Origin: an uncultured Eubacteriales bacterium
Lineage (GTDB): Bacteria; Acidobacteriota; Aminicenantia; Aminicenantales; Aminicenantaceae
DNA: 64,000 nt
Assembly (NCBI GenBank): GCA_964406575.1
Contig: CAYOSH010000004.1
Span: 68,189 to 132,188, forward strand
Direction: 5' to 3'
Part shown: one piece after another, positions 10,498-24,855 of the stretch
Layout of the letters: the number at the start of each line of letters is the position of its first letter
Position numbering within the stretch: position 1 is the stretch's first letter
Notes under the pieces: generated by a model
Seen by the model: only the letters and a program-made list of their open reading frames with translations
The model's database searches: none
Told to the model about the DNA's origin: nothing
Made by a program: the position numbers and the translations under genes

Positions 10498-11295
10498 TTA
10501 GGCTGTCCCGAAGCCAAGAGCCTGAGCCATTTCCCTCAGTTTAGTCTGGATCTTCAAGACGTTTTCCGGTCCCATGCGCAGAAGATGCTTCTGCGCTGGG
10601 CTCAAGTTCTCCAGTTGGGGATCCAACATTGCATAAGTTATGATCTTTCTTTCCAGAAGGATATCTTTGGCAACAGGAACTTTGCGCAGTTCTGCGATGG
10701 CCCGCTTCAGAGAATCCTGAAAATCCACATCCGGATACCCCAACTCCTTATAAGCCTCCTGGATCACTGGTTTCAACTGTTTGTACAGCCTGACTGTGCT
10801 TTTTGTATCCAATGAATCAAAGACATCGGCAACGGCATTGTATCGCTCATAGCTGGAGGGGTCTACATACAGGCTGCCGTTCCTCTCTGTGACTTTAAAC
10901 CCCTCCGTTGGAGTAAAAAAATCAACCTGTGCACGCGGGCTCTGGCCATTGGCAATACTGTCAACAGCAGCCACAAACTTCAGGATAAGATCCTTTGTCA
11001 ACGCCCAATTCGCAAGTGTGGGATTCGTTGAAATTCCTTTGATCATATCACGGATGACAGCATCGCTTTCGCCCAGATCAACCTGGAGCGGCTCGACCAT
11101 TTCCTCCTCCGGAACGGTGTCTATCCCTTCAGAGACCTCAGGCTTTGCCTGCGCTGAGATCTCCTCGACTGAGGGTTGTCGCTCTCCCCTGTTCATCACA
11201 AAGAAATAGTACAAAATGATAGCCAGAGCAACCAAAACGACAAAGATAATCCCGGCGAGCATGACTTTTTTATTTTCTTCCATATCCCTGTTCAA
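10498..11295 (-). CDS. Membrane-anchored hypothetical protein (DUF3014-like)
   Basis: Single N-terminal TM (LAGIIFVVLVALAIILYYFFV) followed by a soluble domain of about 230 aa. The DUF name is from memory and tentative. Confidence 0.5.
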   Translation of the reverse strand: MNRDMEENKKVMLAGIIFVVLVALAIILYYFFVMNRGERQPSVEEISAQAKPEVSEGIDTVPEEEMVEPLQVDLGESDAVIRDMIKGISTNPTLANWALTKDLILKFVAAVDSIANGQSPRAQVDFFTPTEGFKVTERNGSLYVDPSSYERYNAVADVFDSLDTKSTVRLYKQLKPVIQEAYKELGYPDVDFQDSLKRAIAELRKVPVAKDILLERKIITYAMLDPQLENLSPAQKHLLRMGPENVLKIQTKLREMAQALGFGTA

Positions 11296-11441
11296 AGCCT
11301 CCTGTTTTTATTTTAATGCTTTTTCCACACAAAAAAAAGAGACAATTTTCTTGAATCCATTATTGATTTTTGTCATATTAGTTCAGTCACTGAGCAGAAT
11401 TTTTGCATCCCATTTCTAAGCCTTTATTTAAGGAGGTCTTT

Positions 11442-12134
11442 ATGGGAGGTTTATTCGGCGTTGTCTCAAATCAGGATTGTGTTCTAGAGCTCTTCTATGG
11501 AACAGACTATCACTCCCACCTGGGGACAAAACGTGGAGGACTTGCCGTAAGAGCCCCTGAGGGTTTCACACGATTTATCCATAATATTGAAAATGCCCAA
11601 TTCAGGTCAAAATTCGAAGATGACATCACCAAACTCAAAGGGAATCAGGGAATAGGCATTATCAGTGATACCGAGGATCAACCTGTTCTCATCTGGTTGC
11701 ATCTTGGAAACTACGCCATTGCCACGGTCGGGATCATACAAAACGCGGATGAAATTGCGAGGGAAGCTTTTGGCAAGCACGCGATACACTTTGCCGAGAT
11801 GAGCGGTGGTGAGATCAATCCCACAGAACTCGTCGCCGCCCTGATCAATCAGGAGATGTCTTTTGTCGATGGTATCCAGAATGCCCAAGATGCAATCGAT
11901 GGCTCTTGTTCTATGCTTCTTTTGACTGAAGAGGGAGTTTACGCAGCGAGAGACAAATACGGACGGACGCCGATCGTTATCGGCGAAAAACCAAGAGATG
12001 CGAGACCTTGTGGCGAAGATGAAACTCATTTTGACATCCCTCAAATATCAGAGGCTGCAGGATCTTGTCAAAGCTATCGGACTTCCCAAAGAAAAGGTGT
12101 GCACATACTGCTGGGATGGAGTTGATTCGCGTTA
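11442..12134 (+). pseudogene. PurF-derived class-II glutamine-amidotransferase-like gene. It is catalytically degenerate, lacks a PRTase domain, and its C-terminal tail is in the +1 frame.
   Basis: AGGAGG RBS then MGGLFGVVS. Compare PurF MCGIVGI: here Cys1 is Gly.

The sequence aligns along the whole PurF N-domain, for example GIGIISD/GIGHVRY and [61 protein letters not shown]. R73 and the N101/G102 equivalents are lost.

The annotated frame ends at 12125 with an unconserved tail. The +1 frame (11926-12134) encodes ...LKYQRLQDLVKAIGLPKEKVCTYCWDGVDSR. This matches the PurF C-terminus (LIFQDLNDLIDAV...FECSVFNGVY).

An A5 run at 11986-11990 is the likely shift point. Confidence 0.5.
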
Positions 12135-12193
12135 ATTCTCTCTCGAATTCATAGGAATTGTGTCAGAGGCGTTGAAAAGCGGATGAGAGAAAA

Positions 12194-13084
12194 TCAAGAG
12201 GCAGGTTTATAGGTGACCTCGAGAGAAATTTCATCCTCTGCACCAAAAAGACGGAGCAAAACCTCGGTTTCAGAAGTCAACCATCGGGATAGATACTTCA
12301 GGTGCCCCTGGCTTATGGCATTCCCCCACTCCGAAATATCGTCCTTGTACGTGACATTTTCCCAAGAGATATTGTCTTCGACCGGTCTCCCATATTTCTG
12401 TGCCAGAAGGTCTTTGATCCTCTTAAAATCGGCAATATTCTGGTTTTTGTTCTCATGCTGCTCCAGGAAGCTGAGCTTTGCCCCTTTCAGCCTGTCACCC
12501 GTAAAGTAATAACCGACCAGGCAGTCCCTTTCCAAGATCTTCTTCTGGTAGCCAAAAATCTCATAGCCCTGGGATTGCCCTTGATGGACAGGCTGTCCCT
12601 CTACACTCTTCAACTGGTTTGTACTCATCTCCCATCTGGCTCTATCCAAATAAACCTCCGAAAGAAGAACCTTTGTGTTATTTTTCGCGTCGCCTTGGAT
12701 AGTGATCACTTTAGTCACATCAAAAAGCTTATCCACTAAGGAATCAAGAACATACCCTGATTTGGTGCATCCAGTTTTTTGAGAAGTGAAATACACATAA
12801 TTGAACACGCGCCGAAATTTCCTGTTACTGCTGAGAGTGAGGATATCGCCTTTATTCAAAGTTGCGAGGATATGGCTTTTTTGGTCGGGCTCCAGATAGA
12901 TTTGGGCTTGGTCCGCGATAACAATGAGCTTTTTCCCCGCAGCAAAACTCATTGACATGAAGACGAATATGCAAGCGATAAAAGATATAAATTTCCATAT
13001 GTGTTTAGGTTTATTGGTCATTGGTTTTTGCTTTTTCGCCCTCATCGCTGCCGAATTAACATTTTTTGTCACAATATTTGACAA
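12194..13084 (-). CDS. Secreted hypothetical protein with SH3b-like N-terminal domain
   Basis: Hydrophobic signal/anchor (FISFIACIFVFMSMSFAAG). Then KKLIVIADQAQIYLEPDQKSHILATLNKGDILTL...SGYVLDSL, which resembles a bacterial SH3 domain. The rest has no recognisable motif. The start is ambiguous among three Met codons. Confidence 0.55.
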   Translation of the reverse strand: MSNIVTKNVNSAAMRAKKQKPMTNKPKHIWKFISFIACIFVFMSMSFAAGKKLIVIADQAQIYLEPDQKSHILATLNKGDILTLSSNRKFRRVFNYVYFTSQKTGCTKSGYVLDSLVDKLFDVTKVITIQGDAKNNTKVLLSEVYLDRARWEMSTNQLKSVEGQPVHQGQSQGYEIFGYQKKILERDCLVGYYFTGDRLKGAKLSFLEQHENKNQNIADFKRIKDLLAQKYGRPVEDNISWENVTYKDDISEWGNAISQGHLKYLSRWLTSETEVLLRLFGAEDEISLEVTYKPAS

Positions 13085-13178
13085 ATATTTTCATTATATG
13101 TCTACACAATACGCTTCTATTAACTCTCCGTCAATCGCCCTTAAGGGTGATATTGGGGGGGTGATGCTGAATACCTGT

Positions 13179-14567
13179 TCACAGGTTCTTAACTGACATT
13201 TCCGGCCTGAAATGGAGAAAATTATCGCGCCCTTTATCCTTAGCGAAGTACATGGCGAGGTCGGCATTCTTCATCAGTGTCTCAGAATCCTTGCCATCCA
13301 CCGGATAAATAGCCGTCCCGATACTCGCTGTGATACTCTGAAACTGGCCGTCGAGTAAAAAAGGCTTCCTGACAGCCTCTAGCACTTTTTGGGCAACTTT
13401 GGAGACATTCCCGTCACTTTCCACTTCTGGCAGTATATACATAAATTCATCCCCACCCATCCGGGCGAGCGTATCGCTCTCACGGAGCAGACTCTTCAGG
13501 CGCTCGGCCACAGCTTTTAGAAGCTGGTCCCCAGTGCTGTGCCCCAACGTATCGTTGATGATCTTAAATCGGTCCAAGTCGATATAGATGAGGGCAAGTT
13601 TTGTCATGTTTCTCCGAGCACGGGCTAACTCCATCGCGATCCTGTCATAGAAGACCAGTCGGTTCGTCAGTTTGGTCAAAGGATCATGCGTGGCTGTGTG
13701 GATCAACTGTTTTTCCGCGAGCTTTCTCGGTGTAATATCCCGCGATATCACACAAAAGACCTTTTTCCCTCTGTAGGAAACCAGATTCACATTGATTTCG
13801 ACATCTACGTAGGTCCCATCCTTTCTCCGGTACTGCATCTCTCCTTTGTAATAATTTCGTTCCTTAAGAATACGCAAAATTTTCTGGTAAATATCATCTT
13901 GGCCGTTGGCCACAAAGTCATAAAGACTCAGCCCGGGAATTTCTTCAAGAGAATAGCCAAGGAGGCGCTGTAGGGATTGATTGGCTTCGAGAATAACTCG
14001 AGTTCCCACATCTGCCAGAAAAATGCACTCTGTGCTTTGCAGCATTACGGCTTTGTATCTCTCTTCATTCTCGGTCAAGGTCTCTTCCTTTTCTTTCCAA
14101 TCGGTGATGTTCTGAATGACCACAACATAAGCGAAATAATCCTTTGTTTGATACTTGAGAGGCGAAATCCGCGCACTGAACCAAATTTCTTCTCTATTGA
14201 TCGTCATGAGAAAATCAAAATGCTGGACGTTCCCGTAGTCTTCAACACGGTGAAGCGCATTTTGGAACAATTCAGCAACATCTTTGGGCAGGACCTCAGT
14301 GAAGTGCTTTCCAAGGAAATTTTTTGGTTGGGCAAACAAGTCCTTTCTATCCGGCGCTTGGAAATACTTGTGAAAGGTCCCGTCCATGCCAAGGATAAAA
14401 ATGATTTCTTCCAGTGAGTAAAGGACGGAAAGAAAGATTTTCTCGCTCTTTTTCAGAGCATCCTCATTCAGCTTGCACTCAACAATAGCTGTCTCCAGTT
14501 CTTCGATCCTTTTTTTCAGTTTTATTCTGTCCGTAGAGGTGTAATCTTTTTTTTCTGAATCCTTCAT
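13179..14567 (-). CDS. PAS-domain diguanylate cyclase (GGDEF) with intact I-site
   Basis: Coiled-coil N-terminus, then two PAS-like regions, then RESDTLARMGGDEFMYIL (compare PleD RESDVVARYGGEEF). Confidence 0.9.
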   Translation of the reverse strand: MKDSEKKDYTSTDRIKLKKRIEELETAIVECKLNEDALKKSEKIFLSVLYSLEEIIFILGMDGTFHKYFQAPDRKDLFAQPKNFLGKHFTEVLPKDVAELFQNALHRVEDYGNVQHFDFLMTINREEIWFSARISPLKYQTKDYFAYVVVIQNITDWKEKEETLTENEERYKAVMLQSTECIFLADVGTRVILEANQSLQRLLGYSLEEIPGLSLYDFVANGQDDIYQKILRILKERNYYKGEMQYRRKDGTYVDVEINVNLVSYRGKKVFCVISRDITPRKLAEKQLIHTATHDPLTKLTNRLVFYDRIAMELARARRNMTKLALIYIDLDRFKIINDTLGHSTGDQLLKAVAERLKSLLRESDTLARMGGDEFMYILPEVESDGNVSKVAQKVLEAVRKPFLLDGQFQSITASIGTAIYPVDGKDSETLMKNADLAMYFAKDKGRDNFLHFRPEMSVKNL

Positions 14568-14739
14568 TCTAGCCCTGCAACCCTGGCAAAATTCTTATGG
14601 TCGCATATTAACTAGGCAAATTATGTGCCAAACCTGGCTAGAATCTAAAGGCTTATTTTTAAATAAGTTATGTCCAATTTACATAAAATTGGCCAGTTCA
14701 ATTACCAATTTTTGTCATCATTATGCCATTAATTGACAA

Positions 14740-15861
14740 CTAATCTCGTTCTGCCATTAGGAGCCTTTCCCCTATCGGAGGGTGGGAATAATACAGCAGT
14801 TTTACCCACCAATTGGGATAGGCATTGGCGAGGTTGCGGTTGGCGAGCCCTGCAAGAGCAGTTTTAAATGTTTCCCTCTGTTGGATGTGGTTCAATGCAT
14901 ATCTATCGGCCTGTCCCTCAAAATAACGGGATAGAATGTTCGAGAGTGGACCGAAAAGAAATCCGGAAAGGGCTGCCATGAGTATGGCAAAGATTGGAAA
15001 GAGAGCGAGGTTTGCACGTGTGGATGAGAGGAACGAGGGGAATGCGCCTCTCATAAGAATATTGAGGAGAAAAAAAACAACAAGTTGTTGTGTGGTACCC
15101 AGAGCGATATGTTTCCAGATGTGTTTGTGTTTGTAATGTCCCACCTCATGCGCAATGATGGATACAATTTCCGCTATCGTCATGTTCGTCATCAAATTGT
15201 CTCCTAAGACAACCCGACGTGTTTTTCCCAAACCTGCGAGGAATGCGTTTTCCTTTTTTGTCTGCCGGCTCATGTCCTCCACAAAAAAACCGCTGCTTTT
15301 CAAGCCACCCTCACTGAGTATTTTGCTAAGTGCATCCGTCAGTATTTCGTCTTTGATAGGTGTGTACTTGTTAAAAATTGGTAGGATCAGAACCGGGAAC
15401 AATGTGGCAAATAAAACGCTCACGAGAGCCATGGCCAGGCCAGCGATCCACCACCACTGTTGGGGATACTGGTCCAAAATCCAGAAAAGAATGCCAAGAA
15501 GAAGAGCAAATATCACCAGCCCCACAAGATATGATTTCACCTGCTCCCAGAGCCAACCTTTCATGGTTAAATTCGAAAAACCCCATTTGTGCTCATGGAT
15601 GTAACTGCTGTAAAAGCTGAGGGGAAAACCGACGACAACCAAGACAGCTTGGAATACGAGGATGTAGGCCCAAAACGCCCAGATCACAGACCTATTTGAG
15701 AAAAGAATGGCCAGTCCAGAGCTCAATCCGCTGTAATAAAATGCCAAAAGAACGACCAAAGAAAGTAGCATTCCCAACAGGCCGAGCAACCGTTTTTCCT
15801 TTTCATACTGCCTGGCTTGCTGTTGTTTTTCTCGATCCAGAAGCGGATGTATTTTTTCCAT
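14740..15861 (-). CDS. M48-family zinc metallopeptidase (Ste24/HtpX-like), polytopic membrane protein
   Basis: HEVGHYKHKH has the HExxH motif. Multiple TM segments lie in the N-terminal half. Confidence 0.85.
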   Translation of the reverse strand: MEKIHPLLDREKQQQARQYEKEKRLLGLLGMLLSLVVLLAFYYSGLSSGLAILFSNRSVIWAFWAYILVFQAVLVVVGFPLSFYSSYIHEHKWGFSNLTMKGWLWEQVKSYLVGLVIFALLLGILFWILDQYPQQWWWIAGLAMALVSVLFATLFPVLILPIFNKYTPIKDEILTDALSKILSEGGLKSSGFFVEDMSRQTKKENAFLAGLGKTRRVVLGDNLMTNMTIAEIVSIIAHEVGHYKHKHIWKHIALGTTQQLVVFFLLNILMRGAFPSFLSSTRANLALFPIFAILMAALSGFLFGPLSNILSRYFEGQADRYALNHIQQRETFKTALAGLANRNLANAYPNWWVKLLYYSHPPIGERLLMAERD

Positions 15862-16106
15862 TTTTAAGACCCGTCATCCTTAATTGAGATGGCTATTGGG
15901 ATGAGAGGAAATCACGCCTTTAAAATACCATCTCTCACCGAACAAGACAACAGGTACGACTTGAGTCAAATTCCTTTCCGAGGAGAAACATTTCCAATTG
16001 GTTTCGAGGGAAAGCGTTTCTAAAACCGTGATGGAGATGGAAACGGAGGCTGATCAATCAATAAGTTGAGTTTTTTAGGAAAGATGGGTATGATTCGGAA
16101 AGACTG

Positions 16107-16862
16107 TTGGAGAACATGGATCTCGCACACCTCGCTTTGCTCTTCGGCATCGGCGCCATCGCTGGCTTTATTAATGTGAATGCCGGCGGAGGTTCCACTC
16201 TGACTCTGCCCGCCCTCATTTTTTTGGGCCTCGACGCAGCTCTGGCTAACGGCACGAACAGGGTGGCCATATTCATTCAAAACATTTTCGCTGTGGCCTC
16301 ATTTCGCAAGCGAAAAGTCCATCAATTCAAAACGAGCCTCAAGTTTGCTTTTTTCACACTTCCCGGAGCTATTATCGGGGCGATATTAGCCACGCGAGTG
16401 AGCAATCTCTTGTTCCAGCGGATCCTGGGTGTGGTCTTAATATGCGTCGTCTTTTCCATGTTCTTAACCCGATCCTACAACACTAACAACTCCAGCCAGC
16501 AAGATACGGATAATTGGCTGATCTATCCCGCTCTGGTCGGCATAGGATTTTATGGTGGATTCGTCCAAGCAGGAGTGGGATTCCTGTTCATGGCAGCGCT
16601 CTATCATTTTTGCCATCTAAACCTGGTGAGGGTGAACATGCACAAAGTGTTCATCATCTTGATCTACACATTCCCTGCAATCCTTGTGTTTGCTCTCACA
16701 GGAAACGTGAATTGGGGATTCGGATTGGTTCTTGCCGCAGGAAATGCGCTCGGCGGATGGTGGGGCGCTCATGCGGCTGTCAAGGGGGGGGAAAAAGTTA
16801 TCCGCATCATATTATCGATCGCTATCACGATAATGGCCCTCAAACTTTTCGGCCTATTTTAG
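16107..16862 (+). CDS. TSUP-family (TauE/SafE) membrane transporter
   Basis: The 4-TM repeat architecture occurs twice. FGIGAIAGFINVNAGGGSTLTLPALIFLGL is a characteristic TauE/SafE motif. Confidence 0.85.
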   Translation: MENMDLAHLALLFGIGAIAGFINVNAGGGSTLTLPALIFLGLDAALANGTNRVAIFIQNIFAVASFRKRKVHQFKTSLKFAFFTLPGAIIGAILATRVSNLLFQRILGVVLICVVFSMFLTRSYNTNNSSQQDTDNWLIYPALVGIGFYGGFVQAGVGFLFMAALYHFCHLNLVRVNMHKVFIILIYTFPAILVFALTGNVNWGFGLVLAAGNALGGWWGAHAAVKGGEKVIRIILSIAITIMALKLFGLF

Positions 16863-16918
16863 TCAAAATAACAGACAGACATAAACTAGAGAGACACAGT
16901 ATTAACTCTCCTTTGGAC

Positions 16919-21252
<4,334 letters not shown>

Positions 21253-21552
21253 GGGGATTTGATGTGTATACTTTTATAACTTTCTCCCCAGCCTGTCAAT
21301 TTCAATTGTCCTGTTTTTGTTTCTGTGAGAAAAGTCTTGAATACTTTTATGCGGGAATCCTTTTCAGTAGAGACCCGATTATCCGCGAGAAGAGGAAGGA
21401 TTCGCGGAGATTGAATAGGTCGAGCATACACCGCTCCTGTATTGGGCCATCATAAGGGCAAATCGAAGCCGGAGGAGATCAATGAAATGGTTTGGAAATT
21501 GTGGAGGTTCAACACGGACTGTCTTTTAAGGCCGTTTTGAGATAGAAACAGA

Positions 21553-22620
21553 TCATCGACGGGACCGGCCATTCTTACCACAGTACCAACTTTCCAAAAC
21601 TTTACCGGCAGGTTTTCCATATGGAGTGTATCCCTTATCGGACGACCCTCCCAGAGAAGGGTCAGGCTCCCAGTTCCACCAGTAAATTCCCTCTAACCAG
21701 TCTTTCTCTCCAAAAGTTCGGATGACGGCCTGGTAACATTGGGCCTGTTCTGCAAGGTCAATCTCTCCGGAGATCTCCCAGTCCCAAGGCCTCATGTTTG
21801 CGCCATCGATGCTTCTGTATCCTATTTCTGTTAAAAGAATGGGCTTTTGCCAAGTTTGATAAATTGATTCGATCTGAGCAATATGGGGGGTCCAGGCAGC
21901 CAAAAGCTCGTCCATTTTGGGGTCTGTCCTATTCGTCAGCTCAAAATAGGCATCGATCCCGATAAAATCAAGGTCATCCCAGAATTCGACCTGCAGAGAC
22001 TCCCTCCCCCAGTTCGCCGCATAAACAAGTGATCCGGAATATGCACCTCTGATATCATGGATGACTTCTTTCCAATCGGGAGTATACTCTGATGAGGTGA
22101 GCTCAACAAATTCACAGCCAATGGAGAGGATTTCAACGCCCTCATCCTGGGCAATCCTTGCAAAAGCCTCCATCATATCCATATAGTTTTTAAACCAGGT
22201 CATCGGGTCTTGCGGCTGGAACGTACCGCGCCAGTCTCCACTCAAGGAATCGACATGCGGTTTGAGCATGACTTTCAAGCCAAGGGAGTGGGATATCTGG
22301 ATGGCATGCCTGAGGGTTTCCATTCGTGCCGTCTGGCCTACAAAATCGGGGAACATCGCGTTGGAGATTCGATCGTTTTGATACCAGGTGGGCACAAGTT
22401 GGACCCAATCCGTGCACGTCGTCTGAGCCAAAATCCTGAGTGACTCATCGGATGAGGCTGTGCCATATTGTTCAGAATCCCAGGTAGGAAAAGCCATCCC
22501 TTTCTGGAAGTTCGATTCCTTCGCTTGTTGCATGAAGGGGGATGCCAGATAACAGGTCAGTCCTGCGAGTAAGACAAATGAAATGAGCCCCCACGCTATT
22601 CCTGATAATTTCAGATTCAT
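21553..22620 (-). CDS. Secreted TIM-barrel glycoside hydrolase, GH113-like (clan GH-A)
   Basis: Signal/anchor MNLKLSGIAWGLISFVLLAG. KGMAFPTW...LVYAANWGRE...LLTEIGYRS fits the GH-A NEP/TE-I-G catalytic pair spacing. The family assignment is tentative. Confidence 0.55.
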   Translation of the reverse strand: MNLKLSGIAWGLISFVLLAGLTCYLASPFMQQAKESNFQKGMAFPTWDSEQYGTASSDESLRILAQTTCTDWVQLVPTWYQNDRISNAMFPDFVGQTARMETLRHAIQISHSLGLKVMLKPHVDSLSGDWRGTFQPQDPMTWFKNYMDMMEAFARIAQDEGVEILSIGCEFVELTSSEYTPDWKEVIHDIRGAYSGSLVYAANWGRESLQVEFWDDLDFIGIDAYFELTNRTDPKMDELLAAWTPHIAQIESIYQTWQKPILLTEIGYRSIDGANMRPWDWEISGEIDLAEQAQCYQAVIRTFGEKDWLEGIYWWNWEPDPSLGGSSDKGYTPYGKPAGKVLESWYCGKNGRSRR

Positions 22621-22842
22621 GCGTCGTTCCGGTTGTATTGCTTTGATTATACCTGGATTCACATCAATTGCTATCAAAATATAGTTCTTATTCATATTCT
22701 TCAGGTTGTGAGGAGAATTGTCCAATATTTGCATGACTAATTCCCTCGAGCATAAAGTTTAACTCAACCTGGCACAAGATTTTCTAGGACTCTAACTCCC
22801 GTCTCCATTCCTTTAATACTGGTGGCTGCAAAACTGCAGGGC

Positions 22843-24855
22843 TTATTGATGTTCCGTTATTCCATTCCAGGCATCCGTGCGGAACGGCGATGCGGGTAAA
22901 CCAGCAGAATTATACAGACAGCAAACCGGATTTGATGCCCAAGCATAACGAACAGCCACTGGATTTTTAATATGCGGATCCCATACAAGTACATCGTTTC
23001 CGTCAATCGCTGCATCAGCCCACCGAAACACGCGGTCTTCTCCGGCAATGGAAAATCCATTCAACGGCTTTTCGTTTTTGAGGACAAGGCCATCACCAAT
23101 GTTGGTGAATTTCAGCCGGATTCTATCATTTTCAATCCGCATGCTCTCATAAATGGGACCGGAGGCGGCGATATCCTGGCCATACGCGATCTTTAGAGCG
23201 TTCAAAGCCAAGCGCCTGCCAACTTCCTGTTTGTTCTTGGGGTGGATATCGTTGGCATCGCCAACATCAATAGCTACAGCCATCCCGGTGGATGGTTCGT
23301 TAAGAGCCATCAATTGAGCTTCCCGCAGTTCGGCCCAGCTATCTTCGGCGGGCTGATCTTTTACGGCCATAAAATTTGCCAATTGAACAAACAAGAAAGG
23401 AAACTCGCCCTGATTCCAACGTCGACGCCAATCTCGGATGAGCCGTGGGAACAGCTCACGGTATTGGTAAGCACGTCCAGTGTTTGACTCACCTTGATAC
23501 CAAATCACACCGCGCAGGGCATATGGAATCAACGGCTCGATCATCGCATTGCTCAACAATGTCGGATAATTGGGGCTGTTCGGATTAAGGGCTGGCGTTA
23601 TGAGTTCATTCCAATCCAGACCAACCTTAAAATCCCATTCACCCGCCAAGGACATCACCTCTTGACCACTCTGACTTAAATTCAGCAGATTGGGATCGCC
23701 CCAAATGCCACCTCCGCCTTGATTGTCCTGAACCCGAACAACAATCACATTTTTACCTGCTTTGATCAAGCCCCCAGGGATCGCATAGGATCGTGGTGTA
23801 TCCCAACCTTCGGTACGGCCGACCAGAACGCCGTTAAAAAAGGTTCTGTCTATATCATCCACGGCACTCAGGTTAAGCGCCACTTCCTTCCCGATCCAGG
23901 AGCTGGGTATGTCGACCACTCTGCGGAACCAAACGATCCCGTCCAAACCAGGAAGGCCTCCATTTTCCCAAGTGTTGGGTAGGTCCATTTTGTTCCAACC
24001 AGACTTATCTATTTGGATGGAAGACCATTCTCCGGCAGGATCATGAAGGCCACGGTCTTTTTTTTGAACTTCATTCTGCCATTCTTTTTTAATCATTTTG
24101 AATAGGTCATCACCGGCTATATCCCCGTGTTTTGTTTTGATTATTTCAGCAATGTCATTGAGTTGTACGATCTTTTGCTGAAAACCGGGTATGGGTTCCA
24201 GGGCGTCTGCGCTCATCCACGCTTCGATTATGGTGCCTCCCCAAGAACTGTGAATTAATCCTATGGGGACATTCAGTTCCTTATGAAGAGTGCGCCCGAA
24301 AAAATAGGCGGTGGATGAAAAATTAGGAATATTTTCAGGTGAACACACTCGCCAGCCGTCAGCGGGAACCTCATTTTCGGGTTTTAAGCTCATCTTGCGA
24401 TTTACCTGGAAAAGGCGAATATTTGGATAGTTGGCCTCTGCGATCTCCTGCTCATAATTCTGGACCTTGCCCCAGCTGGCCAAGGGCATTTCCATATTCG
24501 ACTGACCGGAGCCAAGCCACACTTCTCCAACAAGGACATCACGAATAACGAATGTATCTATTCCTGTAATATTTAGTTCATACGGACCCCCTGCTCTCAA
24601 AGGCTTGAGCAGGACTTTCCATTCGCCATTATCAGTGGATAGAGTGTTGACTTTTTGATCCATAATTTCAACTGTTACAAGACCGTTCGGTTTTGCAGTT
24701 CCCCAAACTGGAATAGTCATATCTCGCTGCAGAACCATGTGATCTGAAAATAGACTTGATAGACTAATATTGGCCGCAGGGTGTGGTCCGCCGCAGGATA
24801 ATAAAACTGTTAACAAAGAAAAAAGACTCACTGAGACCATTCGTCTGATATTCAT
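22843..24855 (-). CDS. Sialate O-acetylesterase (SASA/DUF303 family carbohydrate esterase)
   Basis: Signal peptide. GEVWLGSGQSNMEMP is the GQSNM SGNH-like nucleophile motif. Length 670 aa. Confidence 0.85.
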   Translation of the reverse strand: MNIRRMVSVSLFSLLTVLLSCGGPHPAANISLSSLFSDHMVLQRDMTIPVWGTAKPNGLVTVEIMDQKVNTLSTDNGEWKVLLKPLRAGGPYELNITGIDTFVIRDVLVGEVWLGSGQSNMEMPLASWGKVQNYEQEIAEANYPNIRLFQVNRKMSLKPENEVPADGWRVCSPENIPNFSSTAYFFGRTLHKELNVPIGLIHSSWGGTIIEAWMSADALEPIPGFQQKIVQLNDIAEIIKTKHGDIAGDDLFKMIKKEWQNEVQKKDRGLHDPAGEWSSIQIDKSGWNKMDLPNTWENGGLPGLDGIVWFRRVVDIPSSWIGKEVALNLSAVDDIDRTFFNGVLVGRTEGWDTPRSYAIPGGLIKAGKNVIVVRVQDNQGGGGIWGDPNLLNLSQSGQEVMSLAGEWDFKVGLDWNELITPALNPNSPNYPTLLSNAMIEPLIPYALRGVIWYQGESNTGRAYQYRELFPRLIRDWRRRWNQGEFPFLFVQLANFMAVKDQPAEDSWAELREAQLMALNEPSTGMAVAIDVGDANDIHPKNKQEVGRRLALNALKIAYGQDIAASGPIYESMRIENDRIRLKFTNIGDGLVLKNEKPLNGFSIAGEDRVFRWADAAIDGNDVLVWDPHIKNPVAVRYAWASNPVCCLYNSAGLPASPFRTDAWNGITEHQ

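Noticed and set aside
11607-12044. 145-aa minus-strand ORF antisense to the PurF-like gene
   Set aside because: No motif. It is completely inside a region with strong in-frame homology on the plus strand.
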